Positions 17,670 to 27,485 of a stretch of 38,235 bases of DNA are shown here, one piece after another. Position numbers and translations under genes: made by a program. Source of the DNA: Desulfobacteraceae bacterium (GTDB lineage Bacteria; Desulfobacterota; Desulfobacteria; Desulfobacterales; JAJDOA01); assembly GCA_022340405.1 (NCBI GenBank), contig JAJDOA010000331.1:1-38235 (forward strand), given 5' to 3'. The notes beneath the pieces are model-generated. The model worked only from the letters and a program-made list of their open reading frames with translations, searched no databases and was not told where the DNA came from. The first letter of the stretch is position 1. Every line of letters begins with the position of its first letter.

Positions 17670-18887
17670 ATGAAAAAACGCGCGTTGTGGACCATCGTCG
17701 GACTCGTGTCCCTGGGGCTTGTTCTGGCAGGGGGATCTGCGGTGTCGGCCAAAACCATCAAGGTGGGTATCGTGGACTGCTACAGCGGCCCGCCGAGCAC
17801 CTACACCAACGACGTACGGGACGCCTTCCAGCTCGCCGTCGACCAGTTCAACGCCCAGGGGGGTGTATTGGGCAACACCATCGAATTTGTCACGCGGGAC
17901 AGCAAGTTCAAAGTGGATATCGGGCTTTCGGCAGCCAAGGAACTGCTGCTGCGGGAAAATGTCGACATCCTGATGGGCACCATCAATTCTTCGCTGGCGC
18001 TGGCCATTTCCGACCTGAGCCTGAAGGAAAAGGTGCCCTTCATCGCCACCTTTTCCAAAAGCGCCAAGATCACCGGTGCCAAGGGCAACCGGTACGTATT
18101 CTCGATGACGGAAAACACCGCCCTGGCCGGCAAGGCCGCAGCCCACGGCCTGGCCAAACGCCCCTACACCACCTACTGGATCGCCGGCGACGACTATGAG
18201 TACGGTCACGCCATCGCCGACGGGGTCTGGGAAAACCTCAAACAACTCAAACCCGATGTAAAGCTGTTGGGCGAGTCGTGGTGGAAGGTGGGCGAACCGG
18301 ATTTCACCCCCTACATCACTTCCATCCTGGCGGCCAAGCCGGACGCCGTGATCGTGGCGACCGGCGGACGGGACTGCGTGCCGTTTCTCAAGGCCGCCAA
18401 GGCCACCGGCTTCAACGACAAGGTGCCCTTCTACATGCACACGGCAACCGAGCTGTCGACACTGAAGCCGCTGGGACTGGACGCCCCGGAGGGCGTGATC
18501 GGAACGAGCAACTACTTCTTCTACTACCCGCAGACGCCGGCCAATGAAGCTTTCGTCAAGGAGTTCGAGGCGGCCTACAATCGAAAGCCGGCTGTGGGTG
18601 CGCTGTATGGCTTTATGACCGCCCACTTCATCAAGCAGGCCTATGAAAAGGCGGGCAGCACCGACACGGAAAAGTTCATCGACGCCCTGGAGGGCATGGT
18701 GATCGACACCCCGGTGGGGAAGGTGGAAATGCGAGCCTACGACCACCAGGCCATGCTGCCCATGTACATGGGAGTGACCAAAAAGATGCCGGGTTACGAT
18801 TTCCTCGTGGCCACGGACATCGTCACCATTTCCGGCGCCGAAGCAATGCCGTCGGTGGAATCGATCCGCAAGGCGCGGGGCGAGTAG
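17670..18887 (+). CDS. ABC transporter substrate-binding protein, LivJ/K-like (PBP1) family
   Basis: Signal peptide, GGVLG..IE..TRD, DYEYG and PDFTPYITSI; RBS aggagg. Confidence 0.93.
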   Translation: MKKRALWTIVGLVSLGLVLAGGSAVSAKTIKVGIVDCYSGPPSTYTNDVRDAFQLAVDQFNAQGGVLGNTIEFVTRDSKFKVDIGLSAAKELLLRENVDILMGTINSSLALAISDLSLKEKVPFIATFSKSAKITGAKGNRYVFSMTENTALAGKAAAHGLAKRPYTTYWIAGDDYEYGHAIADGVWENLKQLKPDVKLLGESWWKVGEPDFTPYITSILAAKPDAVIVATGGRDCVPFLKAAKATGFNDKVPFYMHTATELSTLKPLGLDAPEGVIGTSNYFFYYPQTPANEAFVKEFEAAYNRKPAVGALYGFMTAHFIKQAYEKAGSTDTEKFIDALEGMVIDTPVGKVEMRAYDHQAMLPMYMGVTKKMPGYDFLVATDIVTISGAEAMPSVESIRKARGE

Positions 18888-18931
18888 ACCCGGCGCAATA
18901 GCCGGTGCAACGGCAAGGGGAAGGCGAAGCC

Positions 18932-19828
18932 ATGGAATTCGCCGCGAACATCACGGCGGCAGCCCTTTTCCAGCAAATATTGGTGGGATTGAGCCGCACC
19001 ACGATCCTGTTCATCGTCTCTTCGGGACTGAGCCTCGTTCTCGGCGTGCTGCGAATCCCCAACATCGCCCACGGGTCGCTCTACATGATCGGCGCATTCA
19101 TGACCTGGTCCATCGCCACCGTCGTGGGGGGGAGCCCGGCTGCCTTTTGGCTGGCGCTGGCGTTCGCCCCCCTGGCCGTGGCACTGGTCAGCTTCGTGGT
19201 GGAGAGGGGCATCTTCTGCCGGCTGTACGACCGCGAGCACTTGATGTTGCTGCTGTTCACCTTTTCCCTGACCTTGGTGTTCAACGACCTGGTCAAGCTG
19301 ATCTGGGGTTCGGATTACCGAAGCCTCAACGCCCCGGATTTCCTGCAGGGTTCGTTTTCGATTTTCGGGCTTCCCTTCCCCCGCTACAACCTGTTTCTGC
19401 TGCTGACCGGGCCCCTGGTGGCGCTGGGTCTTTGGCTGTTGACCAACCGTACGAAAATCGGGAAGATCGCCCGGGCGGCGGCGGTGGACCGCGAAATGGT
19501 GTCGGCCGTGGGCATCAACGTCAGTTGGGTGTTCGCCTGGGTTTTCGTTATCGGCTGCTACCTGGCCGGTCTGGGCGGTGCGCTCGTAGCCCCCACCCAG
19601 AACATCACCCAGGGTATGGACCACGCCATCATCATCGAAGCGTTTCTCATCGTCATCATCGGAGGCCTGGGCAACATCTGGGGAGCGCTGTTGGGCGCGC
19701 TCATTTTCGGACTGACCGACGCCATCGGCATTTTGGTCTGGCCCCAGTTCGCCATCGTCTTTCCCTACACGGCGGTGGTGATTGTGCTGGTGTTCCGTCC
19801 CAAAGGTTTGCTCAAATCGGTGTGGTAA
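18932..19828 (+). CDS. livH: Branched-chain amino acid-type ABC permease
   Basis: GLSLVLG..NIAHG, IIGGLG.IWGA and RPKGL. Confidence 0.92.
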   Translation: MEFAANITAAALFQQILVGLSRTTILFIVSSGLSLVLGVLRIPNIAHGSLYMIGAFMTWSIATVVGGSPAAFWLALAFAPLAVALVSFVVERGIFCRLYDREHLMLLLFTFSLTLVFNDLVKLIWGSDYRSLNAPDFLQGSFSIFGLPFPRYNLFLLLTGPLVALGLWLLTNRTKIGKIARAAAVDREMVSAVGINVSWVFAWVFVIGCYLAGLGGALVAPTQNITQGMDHAIIIEAFLIVIIGGLGNIWGALLGALIFGLTDAIGILVWPQFAIVFPYTAVVIVLVFRPKGLLKSVW

Positions 19829-19847
19829 ACCCTTCTGGAGGCAGGCT

Positions 19848-20801
19848 GTGCACAACAACCCCTTGACGCGGCCGACTTGGATCGCTGGGGCGATGGTCGT
19901 TCTGGCCCTGTTCTTGCTCCCGGCGGCGGTCCCCCGTTTCTATGTGTACATGGCGGCCCTGATTCTCATCACGGGACTGCTGGCCACCAGCCTGAACATG
20001 GTGCTGGGGTTCGGCGGCATGTACCAGTTTCACCACGCCGTCTTCTACGGTATCGGAGCCTATGGGTTCGCCCTGATCGCCACCAAGACCTCGCTGCCCT
20101 CCTGGGTCGGCTACCTGGTCGCACCGGTGGTGGCTGCACTTCTCAGTCTGATCATGGGGCTGATCACCGTCCGTCTGTCCAAGCTGTACTTCGGCATGAT
20201 GCAAATTTCCCTGGGATCGTTGGTGTGGGCGTTGGTTTTCCGGTGGTACTCCTTCACCGGTGGGGATGACGGCATCCACGGCGTCTGCCCTCCCGAAGCG
20301 GTTTCCTCCACCACCGGTTCATACTATTTTACGCTTTCGGTCACGCTGGTTTGCCTCTGGTTGATGTATCGCATCGTCCACTCCCCCTTCGGCCGCACCT
20401 TCCAGGGGATCCGCGACAATCCCGAGCGAACGAGCGCCGTGGGCGTCGACGTCCGAAGGCACCAGTTGGCCGGGCTGGTGATCGCAGGGGCCTTCGCCGG
20501 CGTGGCCGGGAGCCTGTTCGTGACCGTGGAGGGATGCGCATTTCCCGAACTCCTGTTCTGGACCCTCTCCCTTGAGATTTTGGTCATGTGCCTGCTGGGA
20601 GGATGGTTCATTTTTCTGGGACCGATGTTCGGGGCGGCCGTCATGATGACCTTGCGGACCTTCGTGGGTATCTACACGGAATACTGGACGATGATCATGG
20701 GCGTCGTGTTGATGCTCATCATTCTTTTTCTCCCCGAGGGCGTCCTGGGGCTTTTCAAACGCAAGACCACAGGCGACAAGCCGGCGGAAGAGGAGGCATA
20801 G
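19848..20801 (+). CDS. livM: Branched-chain amino acid-type ABC permease
   Basis: SLNMVLGFGG, TGGDDG, SPFGR..GIRDN and LPEGVLG. GTG start follows ggagg. Confidence 0.92.
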   Translation: MHNNPLTRPTWIAGAMVVLALFLLPAAVPRFYVYMAALILITGLLATSLNMVLGFGGMYQFHHAVFYGIGAYGFALIATKTSLPSWVGYLVAPVVAALLSLIMGLITVRLSKLYFGMMQISLGSLVWALVFRWYSFTGGDDGIHGVCPPEAVSSTTGSYYFTLSVTLVCLWLMYRIVHSPFGRTFQGIRDNPERTSAVGVDVRRHQLAGLVIAGAFAGVAGSLFVTVEGCAFPELLFWTLSLEILVMCLLGGWFIFLGPMFGAAVMMTLRTFVGIYTEYWTMIMGVVLMLIILFLPEGVLGLFKRKTTGDKPAEEEA

Positions 20802-21551
20802 TTGCTGGAGGTCAGGAGCGTACGAAAGAACTTCGACGGCTTCATGGCCGTCGCCGACGCGAACCTTTCGGTTTCCAAGGGGGATGTGGTCGCGGTCATC
20901 GGACCCAATGGGGCGGGAAAGACCACCCTGTTTCACCTGATCACCGGGCAGTTGGCCCCGGATCGGGGGGAAATCCTCTTCAAGGGTGAATCCATCGCGG
21001 GGCTGCCACCCCATGCGATCTGCCGCCGGGGCATCAGCCGATCCTACCAGGTGGTGAACATTTTCAACCGCCTGACGGTGTTTGAAAACGTGCAGATCGC
21101 CGTTCTGTCGCGTCGCGGAAAAACGTTCAATCTGTTCGGCCGGGCACGGTCCATGGCCGTGGACGAAACCATGGAGATCCTCGCCAGCGTCGGTATGGCC
21201 GATCGTGCGGACCGGGTCAGCGGTGCGCTTTCCCACGGCGACCAGAAGGTGCTGGAAATCGCCATTGCGCTGGGAAACCGCCCCGAACTGCTGATTCTGG
21301 ACGAACCGACGGCGGGGATGTCCCCCGAGGAAACCGCCGTCGCGCTGGCGCTGATGCGGCGGTTGTCCGAAGACATGGGCATTACGATCCTTTTCTGCGA
21401 ACACGACATGTCCATGGTATTTTCCATCGCCCGCACCCTGATGGTCATGCAGCAGGGTTCCACACTCATCCAGGGATCTCCCGAAGCGGTCCGAAACGAC
21501 CACCGCGTGCAGGAGGCCTATCTCGGAGAAGGCGACGCATGCTCCGTGTGA
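20802..21551 (+). CDS. livG: ABC ATP-binding protein
   Basis: GPNGAGKT, LSHG, LDEPTAG and V.EAYLG. TTG start. Confidence 0.93.
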   Translation: MLEVRSVRKNFDGFMAVADANLSVSKGDVVAVIGPNGAGKTTLFHLITGQLAPDRGEILFKGESIAGLPPHAICRRGISRSYQVVNIFNRLTVFENVQIAVLSRRGKTFNLFGRARSMAVDETMEILASVGMADRADRVSGALSHGDQKVLEIAIALGNRPELLILDEPTAGMSPEETAVALALMRRLSEDMGITILFCEHDMSMVFSIARTLMVMQQGSTLIQGSPEAVRNDHRVQEAYLGEGDACSV

Positions 21552-22234
21552 ACGAAATCCACACCTACTATGGGTTGAGTCACATTCTTTTCGGCGTATC
21601 GCTGGAGGTGCGGCCGGGGGAGATCGTCTGCCTGCTGGGTCGCAACGGGGCCGGAAAAAGCACTACCATGCGCAGCATCATGGGCCTGACGCCGCCCCGG
21701 AAGGGAACGATCCACTTCAAAGAAATCCCCTGCAAGGGGAAAAAGCCACACCTGTTGGCGAGGATGGGAATCGGGTACGTTCCGGACGATCGACGGGTGT
21801 TCGCGGATTTGACCGTGGACGAAAACCTGGAAATATCCGAGCGAAACGTGGACAAGAACGGATGGACCCGCGACCGGGTCTACGACTTTTTTCCGCCGCT
21901 GAGGGAAATTCACTCCCGGCGGGCCGGCTTTCTCAGCGGCGGTGAGCAGCAAATGCTTACCATCGGCCGTGCGCTGATGACCAACCCGGAACTGCTGCTT
22001 CTGGATGAACCCACCGAGGGACTGGCCCCGTTGATCGTCAAAGGACTGGCCGAACAGATCGTCCGCCTGAAGGAGAGCGGACTCACGGTCCTGCTGGCCG
22101 AACAAAACCAGACGGTGGCGTTGGAAATCAGCGACCGGGGCTATGTGATCGACAACGGCTCCATCCGCTACCACGGAACGGTCGTCGATCTTCGAGAAAA
22201 CGAAGAGATCCGGAGAAAATACCTTTGCGTGTAG
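21539..22234 (+). CDS. livF: ABC ATP-binding protein
   Basis: GRNGAGKS, LSGGEQQML, LDEPTEGL and AEQN. Confidence 0.93.
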   Translation: MLRVNEIHTYYGLSHILFGVSLEVRPGEIVCLLGRNGAGKSTTMRSIMGLTPPRKGTIHFKEIPCKGKKPHLLARMGIGYVPDDRRVFADLTVDENLEISERNVDKNGWTRDRVYDFFPPLREIHSRRAGFLSGGEQQMLTIGRALMTNPELLLLDEPTEGLAPLIVKGLAEQIVRLKESGLTVLLAEQNQTVALEISDRGYVIDNGSIRYHGTVVDLRENEEIRRKYLCV

Positions 22235-22998
22235 AAAGGCCCGCATCCTCCGCGGAGAGACGGCGACGCTTCCTGCAGCGCATCGCAGTGGCGCTGGGTC
22301 GGCGGCAACGCGCCTCCCTGCACTACGATGAAGTCCCGGAGCCCGACACCCGCAGCCTCTTGGCCGCCGCCACCGGGCGGACGCACAAGGAGCGGATGGC
22401 TCTGCTCAAGAGGCTTTCCGCCGCAGCCGATCCCCTGCAGATTCGACTGGGAACCGTTCCCACCCTGAAAGCGGCTGCATCGGCGGTGATACAGGTCGTT
22501 CGCCGCAGCGAACCGGAGTGGGGCGCCCGCAAGGAGGTCTGCCTTTGGCGCCATCCGCTGGTGGATCGGCTCGGCCTCGCCGCCGGATTGGACACCTTGG
22601 GAATTCCGATCCACAGGGAGGAGCCTTCCTCGAAAACGGCGGCAAAAGACGACTTTTGCGAGAAAGTGGCGTCGTCGTTTGTGGGCGTGACCAGCGCCGA
22701 CTTCTGCGTGGCCGACACGGCCACCCTCGTTCTGAAAACCCGACCCGGACAGTCCCGTTCGGTATCGCTGGTACCGTCGGTCCACATCGCCGTGATCGAA
22801 ATTTCTCAGATCGTGGCCGACCTGAAAGAACTATACGCCCTTCTTCAGTGGGACCCGGCACACCGCGCCGAGGGCCTCACACACTGCATGACCCTCATCA
22901 CCGGCCCCAGCAAAACCGCCGATATCGAGGCCACCCTCGTTCACGGAGCCCACGGCCCCCGAGAGCTGCATCTTTTCGTCATCACCGGGTCCGAATGA
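22225..22998 (+). CDS. LUD-domain protein (LutC/YkgG family)
   Basis: RSVSLVP..HIA and ITGPSKTADIE.TLVHGAHGP. Start codon uncertain. Confidence 0.88.
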   Translation: MRVERPASSAERRRRFLQRIAVALGRRQRASLHYDEVPEPDTRSLLAAATGRTHKERMALLKRLSAAADPLQIRLGTVPTLKAAASAVIQVVRRSEPEWGARKEVCLWRHPLVDRLGLAAGLDTLGIPIHREEPSSKTAAKDDFCEKVASSFVGVTSADFCVADTATLVLKTRPGQSRSVSLVPSVHIAVIEISQIVADLKELYALLQWDPAHRAEGLTHCMTLITGPSKTADIEATLVHGAHGPRELHLFVITGSE

Positions 22999-23018
22999 GC
23001 CACCGATCCGTTGAGGCA

Positions 23019-23137
23019 TGTCCCACAAGCTACCCGAAAAAAATTATAGCCTCCATCTGGGTAGATGCCGGGACTTCGATCGACAAAGCAAGAAATCCGA
23101 ACATCGAAACTCGAAACAATATCGAATGTCTCAAATT
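23019..23137 (+). repeat. Partial copy of MITE family B
   Basis: tgtcccacaagctac and tcgatcgacaaagcaagaaatccgaacatcgaaactcgaaacaatatcgaatg align with 311-420. No right TIR seen. Confidence 0.65.
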
Positions 23138-23360
23138 ACATAATATATTGATTTTGTTTTCAATAGTGGCCTTGCCAGTTGTTGGGGTCATTACGGCATG
23201 CTTTTCTTTTGACACGAATCCGCCCTTTGTCCTACAACGGAGACGCCGTAATCGTCGCAGCCAAAGGCTTGACGGCCCAGCCCCCCATGATGAAGTTGTC
23301 CGGAACCGGGTTGTCGGCGCGGAGGGATCCGCCCCTCCCACAGGAACCGGAGGATCGCAC

Positions 23361-24470
23361 ATGAAACCGCCAAATCTCAGGCGATCGGCACTTGTCGCCG
23401 GCGCCGCTGTATGGCTGCTGTTTTTCAGCGTCCCGGCCGCCCTTGCGGAGGGTCCGGAAACGGCGGCCTTTCCCTCCCTGATTTCCGCCCTCCGGATCGA
23501 AGGACCCATGGATTTCTGCGGGGAGTCGGTCCCGCTGGAGGACCCAGAGGTCCGCGAAAACCTGGAAAAGGAGCTACTGCTCTCCGTGTGGGACCGAGCG
23601 CAGATCATTCTCTGGATCAAGCGCGCCGGGCGGTATTTCCCCTACATCGAAGAGGTGCTTCGCCGCAACGGGGTGCCGGAGGATCTGAAATACGTTGCCG
23701 TGGTGGAAAGCGCCATGCGGCCCCATGCCGGCTCTCACAAGGGCGCCGTGGGATACTGGCAGTTTCTCAGCTCCACGGCGCGCAAGTACGGGCTGACCGT
23801 CAACCGGTACATTGACGAGCGCCGGAACATCTATACCGCAACGGAAGCCGCCGTCCGCTATTTTCAGGAGTTGTACGCGACGTTCGGTTCGTGGACGCTC
23901 AGCGCGGCCGCCTATAACATGGGCGAAAGACGTCTGGAAGCGGAGATCAAGGAGCAGAGGGTCCACAACTTTTACCGGTTGTATCTCTACGAAGAGACCC
24001 AGCGCTACATTTTCAAGATCCTGGCGGCCAAACAAATTCTGGCCGATCCGGCCCGGTTCGGGTTCCACCTGTCGGCGGAGGACCTGTACGCCCCCCGGCC
24101 GGTGGAAACGGTGGACCTACGCCTCTCCAGGACTGTCGGCGTCCGCTCGCTGGCCCGGGCCGCCAGGAGTGACTATAAAAAGATCAAAGACCTCAACCCG
24201 CAGCTCCGCGGCCGATACCTTCCCAAGGGCCGCTACACGTTGCTGGTTCCCCCCGATGCGGCCCGGGGATTTGCTTCCCGACTGCAAGCGGTGTTGCAGC
24301 AGGAAAAAAATGACGGCAGTCAAAGAGTTTACGTAGTGCGAAAGGGCGACAACCTCTCCTCCATCGCCTCCCGGTTCAACGTGTCCCTGCCGTCCCTGCT
24401 GCGCTGGAACCGGCTCAACGCCAGCAATCCCATTCATCCCGGCCAGCGCTTGGTGATCTATGCCGACTGA
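23361..24470 (+). CDS. MltD-like lytic murein transglycosylase (SLT + LysM)
   Basis: Catalytic VES, GYWQF, AAYNMGE, ETQRY and a C-terminal LysM (YVVRKGDNLSSIA). RBS ggagg. Confidence 0.93.
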   Translation: MKPPNLRRSALVAGAAVWLLFFSVPAALAEGPETAAFPSLISALRIEGPMDFCGESVPLEDPEVRENLEKELLLSVWDRAQIILWIKRAGRYFPYIEEVLRRNGVPEDLKYVAVVESAMRPHAGSHKGAVGYWQFLSSTARKYGLTVNRYIDERRNIYTATEAAVRYFQELYATFGSWTLSAAAYNMGERRLEAEIKEQRVHNFYRLYLYEETQRYIFKILAAKQILADPARFGFHLSAEDLYAPRPVETVDLRLSRTVGVRSLARAARSDYKKIKDLNPQLRGRYLPKGRYTLLVPPDAARGFASRLQAVLQQEKNDGSQRVYVVRKGDNLSSIASRFNVSLPSLLRWNRLNASNPIHPGQRLVIYAD

Positions 24471-24765
24471 GGAAAACCGCCTGAAAATCGCGGTGGTGTG
24501 CCACTCGGGATATCGGGGCGAAGAGACCCCCCGCAGCCTCCAGCTTGGAAAACGAACCGTCGAGGCGGTGCAGGTGATGGACCGATGGCTGTCGCCGGAT
24601 CATCGGTATTTCAAGATTCTGGGCGACGACGGCGGCATTTACATCGTGCGTCACGACGACCGGCTGGATCGATGGGAGCTGACGTATTTCCGCCAGGACA
24701 CATCGCAATCGACGGCATCGGAATCCAGCAGCAGGGTGCCCCCGATCCGAAACGCATCCGAGTAG
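24460..24765 (+). CDS. Small hypothetical protein
   Basis: Overlaps the upstream stop by 11 nt and reads as a plausible beta-rich protein (SGYRGEETP, DRWLSPDHRYFK). Confidence 0.75.
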   Translation: MPTEENRLKIAVVCHSGYRGEETPRSLQLGKRTVEAVQVMDRWLSPDHRYFKILGDDGGIYIVRHDDRLDRWELTYFRQDTSQSTASESSSRVPPIRNASE

Positions 24766-24872
24766 GACGCCTCGGCCTCGATGCTTTTGCACCATTTTTT
24801 TTCTTCACGATTCGACCATTTGTTCCGATACATATCCACTGTGAGGGCCATCGAAAAACAAGGATACGCAGC

Positions 24873-27416
24873 ATGACGGAGACCGGCGATTTGCGACATC
24901 GATCCAGAGAGGGGATAGGCAAAGAACTCCGCCTTTTCCGAATCGGCCTTCTGGGATGGGTCGTCGTCTATGTGGCCGTGGTGATTGGATATGCCTACTG
25001 GTCCGGCAGAAAAGACCAAATCGAACGGTTGCAGGCCATCGACCAGCGGCTCTATATCGCCGCCCTGAGCCTGAAACACATGCTATCCGATGATTTCCAC
25101 GACCGGGCGGTGGATGCCGAGGCCATATCCTTTGCCGAGGAAATGAAAAACCGAAAGGAGATCAACAGTTTCGCCAACGAAACCCAATTCACGTACCTCT
25201 ACACGCTGGCGGAAAAGGACGGCCTCTTCTATTTCTCGGCGCCGACGGTCACCGAAGAGGAAGCCCGCCAGCAGCGCCGCTGGTATTTCCTCCCCTACGA
25301 GGATGTTCCGGAGGCCTTCCGAAAGGCCTTTGCAGAGGGCACGCCTCAGTTCGTCGAATACACGGACCAGTGGGGCAATTTCCGATCCATCGCCCTCCCC
25401 CAGACCTCTCCGGGCGGACGACGCTATTTGTCGTGTGCAGACTACGACATCAGCTACGTGAAGGGATTGCTCCGGCGAAGCCACATCGAGGCGGTGGTGA
25501 TCGCCGGCCTGTTCATTTTGCTCACCCTTCCTTTGGTCCTTCTGTATCGCGGCATGTACCGGACCCACGCCGCCGGGCTCAGCGCCGTGAACGAGATGCT
25601 CTCCGAGAACCAAAGAATCCTGGCACAGGAGGTAGCCGGACGCACCGTCGAACTGGAAATCGCCAACCAGCGACTCAAAGCGGAAATCACCGACCAAAAG
25701 AAGCTGGAATCGAAAGTGCACCACCAGAATCAGCAACTCGAGGCGCTGCACGGTATTTCCCTGGGCCTGATCCGGCGGTTGAAAGTCGACGATCTGCTGC
25801 AGGACATCATTCGACAGGCCAGCGACCTGGGCGGCACGGCCCACACCTGGATCTACCTGTACGATCCGGAATCGGAGGAACTGGAGCTAAAATTCGGCCG
25901 CGGCTTCTACGAGGACAAAACCGGATACCGGATGAAGCCCGGCCAGGGACTGACCGGGAAGGTATTCAGCACCGGTGCGCCGTTGCAAATCGAAGACTAC
26001 AAAAACTGGGAGGGACGGGATCCGAATCGGGCCTTCGATGCCCTGAGTACCATTCTGGGCATCCCTCTTGTCTCCGGAAAGCGCAGGCTCGGCGTCATCG
26101 GTCTCAGTGTTCTCGAAGACGGAGCTCGACTGGATGAATCCGTCATTGCCGTAATGCACCATTTTGCCGATTTGGCCGCAATCGCCATCGACAACGCTTT
26201 TTTGCACACGGAGCTCGAGCAGGAACTCCAGCGACGAAAAGAGCTGGAAGCCGAACGCATGGAGATGGAAAAGCGTCTGTTTCAAGCCCAGAAAAACGAG
26301 GCCATCGGAACCCTCGCCGGGGGCATCGCCCATAACTTCAACAACCTGCTCATGGGCATACAGGGCCGTGCATCACTGATGGCCCTGGAAACGGAAATTT
26401 CGGCCCAGCAACGGCATATCCAAGCCATCGAGGAACACATCCAGAGCGCCGCCGGCCTCACCCAGCAACTGCTGGGCTATGCCCGCGGCGGAAAGTACGA
26501 AGTGAGGCCGCTGGACCTCAACGATCTGGTTTCGTCCACCGCGGTCATGTTCGGGCACACGCGCAAAGAGCTTCGGATTCACACCAGGAATCAGCCAGGC
26601 CCCATCGTCGTGGATGCCGACCGCAGCCAAATGGAACAGGTGCTGTTGAACCTGCTGGTCAATGCCTGGCAGGCGATGCCTGGTGGAGGGGATCTGTACT
26701 TGCAGACATCGACCGTTGCCCTGGACGATTCCATCTGCCAATGCTACCGAATCCGGCCGGGTTCCTATGCCGAGGTCTCCGTCACGGATACGGGCATCGG
26801 CATCGACGAAGCCAACCTGGAAAAGATTTTCGATCCGTTTTTCACGACGAAGGAGGAAACACAGCGCACGGGGCTGGGTCTGGCCTCGGCGGACGGCATC
26901 GTCAGAAACCACGGCGGCATCATCACGGTAACCAGCAAAGTCGGCAAGGGATCCACCTTCAGCTTCTACCTTCCCCTTTCCGAAAACGATGTCCGGAGGC
27001 CGGAGGACGAGACAAATGAACTGCTCGGCGGCCCGGAGACGATCCTGGTGGTCGATGACGAGGAATGGATCCGAGAGGTGGCCGCGGCCATGTTGAAAAA
27101 GCTGGGATACGAGGTGATAGAGGCCGCGGGGGGGAAAGAAGCTGTGGACATCGTGGCCGAGAAGGGCGGGAGCATCGATCTGGTTGTTTTGGATATGATC
27201 ATGCCGGGAATGGACGGTGGAGAAGCCTTTGATCGGATCCGTGACAACCGGCCGCATCTTCCGGTTCTGCTGTCCAGCGGCTACGCTGTGGACGGACAAG
27301 CCAAGACGATTTTGAACCGGGGGTGCGACGGATTCCTTCAGAAACCGTATCGGATCTCCGTTCTGTCCCAAAAGATAAGGGCGGTATTGGAACGCCGGCG
27401 CGACACGCCGAATTGA
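24873..27416 (+). CDS. Hybrid sensor histidine kinase (periplasmic sensor, GAF, HisKA, HATPase, receiver)
   Basis: Two TMs around a periplasmic domain, GAF (GQGLTG, LAAIAIDNA), H-box AGGIAHNFNN, NLLVNA, DTGIG, PFFTTK and a C-terminal REC. Confidence 0.93.
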   Translation: MTETGDLRHRSREGIGKELRLFRIGLLGWVVVYVAVVIGYAYWSGRKDQIERLQAIDQRLYIAALSLKHMLSDDFHDRAVDAEAISFAEEMKNRKEINSFANETQFTYLYTLAEKDGLFYFSAPTVTEEEARQQRRWYFLPYEDVPEAFRKAFAEGTPQFVEYTDQWGNFRSIALPQTSPGGRRYLSCADYDISYVKGLLRRSHIEAVVIAGLFILLTLPLVLLYRGMYRTHAAGLSAVNEMLSENQRILAQEVAGRTVELEIANQRLKAEITDQKKLESKVHHQNQQLEALHGISLGLIRRLKVDDLLQDIIRQASDLGGTAHTWIYLYDPESEELELKFGRGFYEDKTGYRMKPGQGLTGKVFSTGAPLQIEDYKNWEGRDPNRAFDALSTILGIPLVSGKRRLGVIGLSVLEDGARLDESVIAVMHHFADLAAIAIDNAFLHTELEQELQRRKELEAERMEMEKRLFQAQKNEAIGTLAGGIAHNFNNLLMGIQGRASLMALETEISAQQRHIQAIEEHIQSAAGLTQQLLGYARGGKYEVRPLDLNDLVSSTAVMFGHTRKELRIHTRNQPGPIVVDADRSQMEQVLLNLLVNAWQAMPGGGDLYLQTSTVALDDSICQCYRIRPGSYAEVSVTDTGIGIDEANLEKIFDPFFTTKEETQRTGLGLASADGIVRNHGGIITVTSKVGKGSTFSFYLPLSENDVRRPEDETNELLGGPETILVVDDEEWIREVAAAMLKKLGYEVIEAAGGKEAVDIVAEKGGSIDLVVLDMIMPGMDGGEAFDRIRDNRPHLPVLLSSGYAVDGQAKTILNRGCDGFLQKPYRISVLSQKIRAVLERRRDTPN

Positions 27417-27485
27417 CCCGCAGGACACTCTTCAAATTTTTCATGCGACCGGCCAAATCGAAAGGTGAAAGCGGCAGGATGAAAG

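Noticed and set aside
22518-23360. N-terminal extension making the transglycosylase 650 aa
   Set aside because: It overlaps the LUD gene and crosses a repeat. A strong RBS and signal peptide place the start at 23361.
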